A program made the translations under genes and the position numbers. DNA of 64,000 bases from an uncultured bacterium (GTDB taxonomy: Bacteria > Patescibacteriota > Patescibacteriia > CAIQCM01): NCBI GenBank assembly GCA_963708045.1, contig OY970181.1, forward strand, positions 515,740 through 579,739, in the 5' to 3' direction. Below the pieces are notes generated by a model that ran no database searches, had not been told where the DNA came from, and saw only the letters and a list, made by a program, of their open reading frames with translations. Below are positions 58,621-64,000 of this stretch, piece by piece (the stretch's first letter is position 1; the number at the start of each line of letters is the position of its first letter).

Positions 58621-59513
58621 CAAAGAAAAGAACAATAATTTTGTTTTTTGCCGCCGTCGCTTTTTTTGCGGCGGCGGCTTTGGGATTTTTGTTTTTTAAA
58701 AAAACAGAACAACCAATAATGCAAACGGCAAAAAATAATTATCAACGCATTCCGATTCTGGATATTTTTTACGATAAGGAAAATTTTGTTAATGCCGAGG
58801 CAATGGCCAAAGACACAAAGACCGAAGTTGGCGTAAAAGCCGTGGTCGTGCCGCACCACCTGCTCGCATCGCGCCTTGTTGCCGATGCCCTTGCGCGCGC
58901 CAAGGGGAGTAATTATTCGCGGATTGTGATTGTGGGGCCGAATCACGACGACCGCGGCGCTGATGTTGTTACTTCGTCGGCGATTGAATACGATACGCCG
59001 GTCGGCGTGGTTTTGCCCGACGAAGAAAAAATAAATTTGTTTAGAACAGCTTTTGCTTGCCGCGCGGGCAGTGACGTATTTTTAGGTGAACATTCCATTG
59101 GTGCCATCGTGCCGTTTGTGGCCGAAGCGTTTCCAAACGTAAAAATAATTCCCATCATTATTTCGTCACACGCGGGTGACCTTGATGCTCGTAAACTCGC
59201 AGATTGGCTTCGTCGTCTTCCGGCAGATACGCTTGTGATTTTTTCCGTTGATTTTTCTCACTATAAGACCGAGGCAGAGGCCGATGTTTATGACCAAGAA
59301 ACTGCGTCCGCGCTTATGAGTCGTGACAATTCTAAAATTGAAGGCTGGGGGAATGAACACATTGACTCGCCGTTTACAATCGCGACGATGTTGCTTTATG
59401 CCGAAAAAATCGGCGCCAATATCAACATTGTCGCCAACAAAAACGCCAACGATTTTCTGTCACAAAAAGTAGATTCAACAACGAGCTATTTTGAGATAGT
59501 GGCGAGCAGATAA
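58617..59513 (+). CDS. Memo-like protein (MEMO1 / AmmeMemoRadiSam system protein B family) with an N-terminal membrane anchor
   Basis: VVPHH...IVIVGPNHD...GEHSIGAIVPFV...FSVDFSHY match the Memo family metal-site motifs; ATGA overlap with the preceding gene. Confidence 0.6.
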   Translation: MTKKRTIILFFAAVAFFAAAALGFLFFKKTEQPIMQTAKNNYQRIPILDIFYDKENFVNAEAMAKDTKTEVGVKAVVVPHHLLASRLVADALARAKGSNYSRIVIVGPNHDDRGADVVTSSAIEYDTPVGVVLPDEEKINLFRTAFACRAGSDVFLGEHSIGAIVPFVAEAFPNVKIIPIIISSHAGDLDARKLADWLRRLPADTLVIFSVDFSHYKTEAEADVYDQETASALMSRDNSKIEGWGNEHIDSPFTIATMLLYAEKIGANINIVANKNANDFLSQKVDSTTSYFEIVASR

Positions 59514-59522
59514 TGGACCATG

Positions 59523-59603
59523 TACCACGCACCATGAACCACACTAATGAGTAGTTATTGGTTTATGGTACATGGTTCATGTTTTATGGTTCATGACAAA
59601 ACG
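59523..59603. repeat. heptamer palindrome (ATGNACC)x4, centre, (TGGTWYA)x5 at the start of the rpsB upstream region
   Basis: Left array 59523-59550, right array 59569-59603. Confidence 0.8.
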
Positions 59604-59794
59604 CATCTTGCCCCAAAACAGGTTTTATAGTAAGATCATTGAATCGCCAAAAAGAGCGATTTTTTATTCAATAAATCCGTCAAATGACGGAAAAATTCCC
59701 CGCCGAATGGCGGGGCAAGCAGGCGTTGCGTCCGATGGCCTTCTCCGCGTAAGCGGGGTGCAAACGCCGGTGTTAAAAAGGTCAGACAAAAACT

Positions 59795-60523
59795 ATGCCT
59801 TATTCAATACCTAATTTAGTGGAAATGCTTTCCTCGGGAATGCATTTTGGCCACCGCTCTTCGCGTTGGCACCCCAAGATGCAGCCGTACATCTTTGCCG
59901 AAAGAAATGGCGTTCACGTCATTAATTTGGAAAAGACGGCCGAGCTTCTTTCGGTAGCGCTTGGATACATTCGCGACATTGTCGCGGCCGGCGGCACAAT
60001 TCTTATCGTCGGAACCAAGGAACAAGCGCAAGCGATTACCGAACGCGTGGGCAAGGAAACGGGAATGCCGTACGTTCATTTGCGCTGGCTTGGCGGAACG
60101 CTTACGAACTTCCGAATGCTTAAAGAAAATTTACTAAGCCGCTACCTTGATCTTAAGAGCAAGCGCGACAAAGGCGAACTTGGTAAGTACACCAAAAAGG
60201 AACAGCTTGAATTTGCAAAGCAAATTGAAGAACACGACGTTAAGATCGGTGGCTTTGCCAATCTTACCAAGCTTCCAGAAGCGGTTTTCATTATTGATCT
60301 TAAAACCGAAGTCACGGCTTTTGCCGAAGCCTTAGAAACAAAAACGCCAATTGTCGCCATTTGCGACACCAATGTTAACCCAGACGGCGTTTCCTACGTG
60401 ATTCCAGCAAATGACGACGCGGTCAAGTCTATTGATCTTATAATGACGCTTGTTGCCGAGGCAGTTAAAGAAGGCAAAAAACTCTACGCCGACCGGCCGA
60501 TTATGCCGCCCTCGGCCAAATAA
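59795..60523 (+). CDS. rpsB: 30S ribosomal protein S2
   Basis: MLSSGMHFGHRSSRWHPKM N-terminal signature. Confidence 0.95.
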   Translation: MPYSIPNLVEMLSSGMHFGHRSSRWHPKMQPYIFAERNGVHVINLEKTAELLSVALGYIRDIVAAGGTILIVGTKEQAQAITERVGKETGMPYVHLRWLGGTLTNFRMLKENLLSRYLDLKSKRDKGELGKYTKKEQLEFAKQIEEHDVKIGGFANLTKLPEAVFIIDLKTEVTAFAEALETKTPIVAICDTNVNPDGVSYVIPANDDAVKSIDLIMTLVAEAVKEGKKLYADRPIMPPSAK

Positions 60524-60550
60524 TCATTTAATTTCTAAACCATAAATTTT

Positions 60551-61168
60551 ATGTCGTTAGATCTTTCTGTCATCACCAAAATTCGCGAAGCAACTGGCGC
60601 TGGTATTGTTGATGTAAAAAAAGCTCTTGAAGAAGCCAACGGCAAAGCCGACGCGGCCATAGAAATTCTTCGCAAAAAAGGCGCGATTAAGGCGGCTAAA
60701 AAATCGGCCGAACGCGTAACTCGCGAGGGGATTATTGAATGCTATAACCATGCCGGCGGCAAAGTCGGCGTGATGGTTGAATTGCTTTCGGAAACCGATT
60801 TTGTCGCGCGCAACGAAGAATTTAGACAATTGGCTCATGACCTCGCGCTTCATATTGCCGCGGCTGACCCAATTTATCTTTCATCCGAAAATATCGCGCC
60901 CGAAGTGATTGAAAAAGAAAAAGAAATGGCCTCGGAAGAATTTGCCGGCTCGGGAAAACCCGCGAGCGTGATTGAAAAAATCGTTGAAGGCAAGCTTGGC
61001 AAGTGGTACTCCGAAACCTGTCTTATGTCGCAAGCGTTTGTCAAAGATGAAGACATGACGATCAAGGATCTCATTAACAACGTTTCGGCAAAAGTGGGGG
61101 AGAAGATTGAGGTCAAACGCTTCTGTCGTTTTGCCATCGGCAACACGAGCGCGACTTTGGTTGGTTAG
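60551..61168 (+). CDS. tsf: elongation factor Ts (short form)
   Basis: IREATGAGIVDVKKAL UBA-like N-terminus; conserved rpsB-tsf pair. Confidence 0.9.
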   Translation: MSLDLSVITKIREATGAGIVDVKKALEEANGKADAAIEILRKKGAIKAAKKSAERVTREGIIECYNHAGGKVGVMVELLSETDFVARNEEFRQLAHDLALHIAAADPIYLSSENIAPEVIEKEKEMASEEFAGSGKPASVIEKIVEGKLGKWYSETCLMSQAFVKDEDMTIKDLINNVSAKVGEKIEVKRFCRFAIGNTSATLVG

Positions 61169-61232
61169 ACAATACTCATACTTTATTAACAAAAACCGTT
61201 CCGTTTGGGGCGGTTTTTGTGATATACTCCGA

Positions 61233-61308
61233 ATGGACAATGAACCATGAACCATGAACCATGAACCATTGACTAGTCATTGGTGCGTGGTGTGTGGTAC
61301 GTGGTTCA
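61233..61308. repeat. heptamer palindrome (ATGAACC)x5, SpeI-palindrome centre, (TGGTNNG/TGGTTCA)x4 ending 21 nt before the gap ATG
   Basis: Left array 61233-61267, right array 61281-61308; the tsf terminator hairpin at 61191-61218 precedes it. Confidence 0.85.
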
Positions 61309-61329
61309 TAAATTTAACCCTAAAACAAT

Positions 61330-62340
61330 ATGATCAAAGTAGGAATCAATGGTTTTGGCCGCATTGGCCGCAATGCTTTTAAAGTCGCCTGGGACGGCGG
61401 CAAAATTGAAGTCGTTGCCATAAACGACCTCACCGACCCCTCTATTCTCGCGCATTTGTTAAAACACGATTCGGTTTATCGCAATTGGAATCACGAGGTT
61501 AAATCGGACAAAACCAATTTAATCGTGGACGGAAAAAAGATTCCGGTTTCCGCCGAAAAAGAACCGGCCAAATTGCCATGGGGAAAGTATGGAGTTGAAG
61601 TAGTAATTGAATCAACTGGTCGTTTTACAAAAATAGAAACCGCGTCGGAACATCTTAAAGCTGGCGCCAAAAAAGTGGTTGTTTCCGCGCCCGCCAAAGG
61701 CGTGCCGACTTATCTTATCGGTGTGAACGCAAATAAGATGAAGAAAACGGATTTGGTCGTGAACAATGCTTCTTGCACGACCAACTGCATTGCGCCGCCA
61801 GCGGCTGTTATTGAAAAAGTTTTTGGCATTAAAAAGGCGATGATGACAACAGTGCACTCGGTCACGGCCGAACAAAATTTGGTTGACGGTCTGCCGCCTT
61901 CTGGTCACCCTGATTTGCGTCGCGCGCGTTCGGGGCTTATTAATATGATTCCAACGACAACCGGCGCGGCGATCGCGACCGCCGAGGTGATTCCGTCGCT
62001 CGTCGGAAAATTTGATGGAATGGCAATTCGCGTGCCAACGCTTGATGTATCGCTTGCCGATTTTACTTTCTTGCTTAAAAAGAAAACGACAGTGGAAGAA
62101 GTTAACAACGCTTTCCGCGCCGCGGCAAAGAGCAAAGAAATGAAAGGCGTGCTGGGCGTAACCGACGAGCCGCTCGTTTCCGCAGATTTTGTCGGCAGCA
62201 CTTTTTCCTGCATTGTTGATTTGCCGATGACAAAAATCGTTGATGGTGATTTGTTAAAAGTTTTGGCATGGTACGACAACGAATGGGGATACTCCTGCCG
62301 CTTGCTTGAGATTGTTGAAATGGCGGGGAAGTTAAAGTAA
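61330..62340 (+). CDS. gap: type I glyceraldehyde-3-phosphate dehydrogenase
   Basis: NGFGRIGR NAD-binding motif; active-site SCTTNCIAP; WYDNEWGYS. Confidence 0.95.
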   Translation: MIKVGINGFGRIGRNAFKVAWDGGKIEVVAINDLTDPSILAHLLKHDSVYRNWNHEVKSDKTNLIVDGKKIPVSAEKEPAKLPWGKYGVEVVIESTGRFTKIETASEHLKAGAKKVVVSAPAKGVPTYLIGVNANKMKKTDLVVNNASCTTNCIAPPAAVIEKVFGIKKAMMTTVHSVTAEQNLVDGLPPSGHPDLRRARSGLINMIPTTTGAAIATAEVIPSLVGKFDGMAIRVPTLDVSLADFTFLLKKKTTVEEVNNAFRAAAKSKEMKGVLGVTDEPLVSADFVGSTFSCIVDLPMTKIVDGDLLKVLAWYDNEWGYSCRLLEIVEMAGKLK

Positions 62341-62393
62341 ATTTTTTTATAAATTAAAACGACCGGCGGCACCCTCGTTGGGTTGCGCGCCGG

Positions 62394-63246
62394 TCAGTTG
62401 GTTGTCACCTTTGGTGGTTCATCGGGTTGCTTGCGGTGTCTGCTCTCGTCTTCTTCTGGGCAGATAACGATTGACTCTATGTTTGTTTGGAGAAGCCACT
62501 TTCTGTACGTGTGGGCAAAACCAAGTAACGCCGAAGCTGAGTCTTGATACTTGCCGATTTTGAGCACAATCGGCAAGTCGCTTGCTCCGCCATTGATTTT
62601 GACGATGGCGATGTAGTTTTTCATCGCTTCTTCTTGCTGTGGTTGCTCCTGCGCGGCCGAGCGCCTTGCGTTGCCGTAGCGATCAGTTTGTAGAAGATCA
62701 TCAGATTGGTGTCTTGGAGTCTAATGATACGACACTTCCGTCTCGGCGCGGACGCTGCGAGGTTGACCAAGCAGAAGAAATCGTTAAAACCCCTCGCCTT
62801 GAATTCGGTTACTTCGTTGCCGTCGCAAGACGCTGCGAAACCTTGCGCGTCAAAAATGAAGTACGTGCAGGTGCTAGGGAAAAAGGCAAAACGCGCGCCC
62901 TTTCCAATCCTAAGCGGTTCGCCAGTTCTTCGGTATAGCATCGTTATCTCCTCGTTCGTTGTCTGGGTGGGCGTGGCAGAGGTACGAATACAAGACTCAA
63001 GGTTTCGTTTTTGTTGTAGACCTCCCTGATCCGACATCCGGCCATAGCGGCTAGAAAATCGGCAAACGCGCGCACAGTTTGTTCGTCTTCAATTCTGGGA
63101 ATCCTTGATCGTTGAACGCCATCAACACGGTAAAGCGCGCTACCAACGCGATTTGAGATATCAATCTCGTGCAAAGATTTATTCCAAACGATATATGTGC
63201 CTGAGCTGAACCTGAAGCGTTTTCCGTTATCGGTGTAAATCATCAC
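62394..63246 (-). pseudogene. three consecutive overlapping minus-strand ORFs in different frames; possible frameshifted gene remnant
   Basis: ORFs 62944-63246, 62621-63037 and 62394-62624 overlap end-to-start in shifting frames; no recognisable domain; locally GC-rich. Confidence 0.3.
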
Positions 63247-63306
63247 ATTCCCTTCTGTTCGTTGTCATCGGCCGAAGCGGCCGTTTTAAATGTTCGCCGG
63301 ACAAAC

Positions 63307-63336
63307 AAAAACCATTCGCGCTTGCGAATGGTTTTT
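63307..63336 (-). terminator. intrinsic terminator downstream of the glycosyltransferase gene (aaaaaccattcgc gctt gcgaatggttttt)
   Basis: 13-bp stem with A5/T5 flanks. Confidence 0.75.
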
Positions 63337-63338
63337 GT

Positions 63339-64000
63339 TTATTCAGCGACCGGAACGCGCACTGGACGGGCGGTGCTTAAATATACTTCCATTGTTCGGT
63401 TGACGATTTTATCCCAAGAATATTTATCCTGAATTTGCGGCGCAAAATTTTTAGCCGCATTTTTTATTTCGTCAATTTGTCCGATCGCGCCCTCAAGTGC
63501 GCGCGTCAGGTCGTAAGAATTTTTTACTTCAAAATAATTTCCTTCGTCGCCCAAAATTTCGCGGTGCGCAGAAATGGACGAAGCAATGACTGGCGTGCCG
63601 GTGCCAGCCGCTTCCAAAACAACGATCGGCATGCCTTCGGTTTCCGAAGGTTGAATGAGTGCCGTCGCGTGGCGAAAGAGTGCCGCAAGGGGATTACCGA
63701 CTTGATTGCCGACAAATTTTACGGGCAGTCCTTTGGCAAGCGTGGTTAGTTCTTTAAGATACGAATCGGAATAATAACCTTCGCCGACAATCACGAGCGG
63801 ATATTCGTTTCGCGTGGCTTCGGGAAGATTGCGATAGGCGATAAGCAAAGTGTGCAGACCCTTAAGCCGAATAATGCGGCCGACGAAAAGCAAAAACTTG
63901 CCTGGGTGAAGATTCCATTCGTTAAGAAACGATGGCGAAGTTTCGGGCATCGTTGTAACGCCGTTTGGGATTAACGCCGTGTCAGTTTCGTACGCTTCGG
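63339..64000 (-). CDS. glycosyltransferase family 1 (GT4-like); C-terminal part, 5' end beyond the window
   Basis: E-x7-E motif (SETEGMPIVVLEA), GTGTPVIAS; the open frame continues to the window edge. Confidence 0.8.
   Translation of the reverse strand, partial: EAYETDTALIPNGVTTMPETSPSFLNEWNLHPGKFLLFVGRIIRLKGLHTLLIAYRNLPEATRNEYPLVIVGEGYYSDSYLKELTTLAKGLPVKFVGNQVGNPLAALFRHATALIQPSETEGMPIVVLEAAGTGTPVIASSISAHREILGDEGNYFEVKNSYDLTRALEGAIGQIDEIKNAAKNFAPQIQDKYSWDKIVNRTMEVYLSTARPVRVPVAE

Noticed and set aside
59572-59814. 80-aa ORF overlapping the rpsB upstream region and start
   Set aside because: It begins inside a heptamer array, has an odd composition, overlaps the rpsB start, and the region has leader-like RNA hairpins

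Overview
This 64-kb window looks like a compact bacterial chromosome segment at roughly 48-50% GC with very short intergenic spacers. The gene content is mostly informational plus a few metabolic and many membrane/secreted proteins, and it resembles a small-genome, possibly Patescibacteria/CPR-like organism; that placement is inference only. I see no rRNA or tRNA genes, no CRISPR array and no intact mobile element. Confident housekeeping calls are radA, phosphohexomutase, murI, rseP, pheS, pheT, peroxiredoxin, dnaE, thrS, miaA, gatB, dut, rplA, rplK, nusG, secE, gyrB, a SEDS (FtsW/RodA) protein, rplY, prmC, prfA, rpmE, rpsB, tsf and gap. Accessory content includes: (1) a translationally coupled operon of an ECF sigma factor, a 1.86-kaa anti-sigma-like membrane protein carrying alpha-2-macroglobulin-like MG domains and an internal Hint (intein-like) domain, and a membrane-anchored Memo-like protein; (2) a two-component system (PAS histidine kinase plus receiver) with an adjacent cohesin-like/dockerin-like gene pair; (3) a Cys-rich TrbC/VirB2-like protein fused to a peptidase M15 domain in an operon with DsbA, a TolB-like beta-propeller protein and radA; (4) a DUF2178-XRE-CYTH operon with a promoter-overlapping 13-bp inverted repeat; (5) an HD phosphohydrolase plus two Nudix genes inserted between rplK and rplA. 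The most striking sequence-level signal is a pervasive family of tandem heptanucleotide (7-nt period) repeat arrays, often arranged as array / GC hairpin / inverse array. They sit in intergenic spacers, frequently abut start codons of translation genes that lack a Shine-Dalgarno sequence, and one array runs to 17 copies (119 bp). Several genes look leaderless, with a TATAAT-like box 5-8 nt before the ATG and directly after the upstream terminator.
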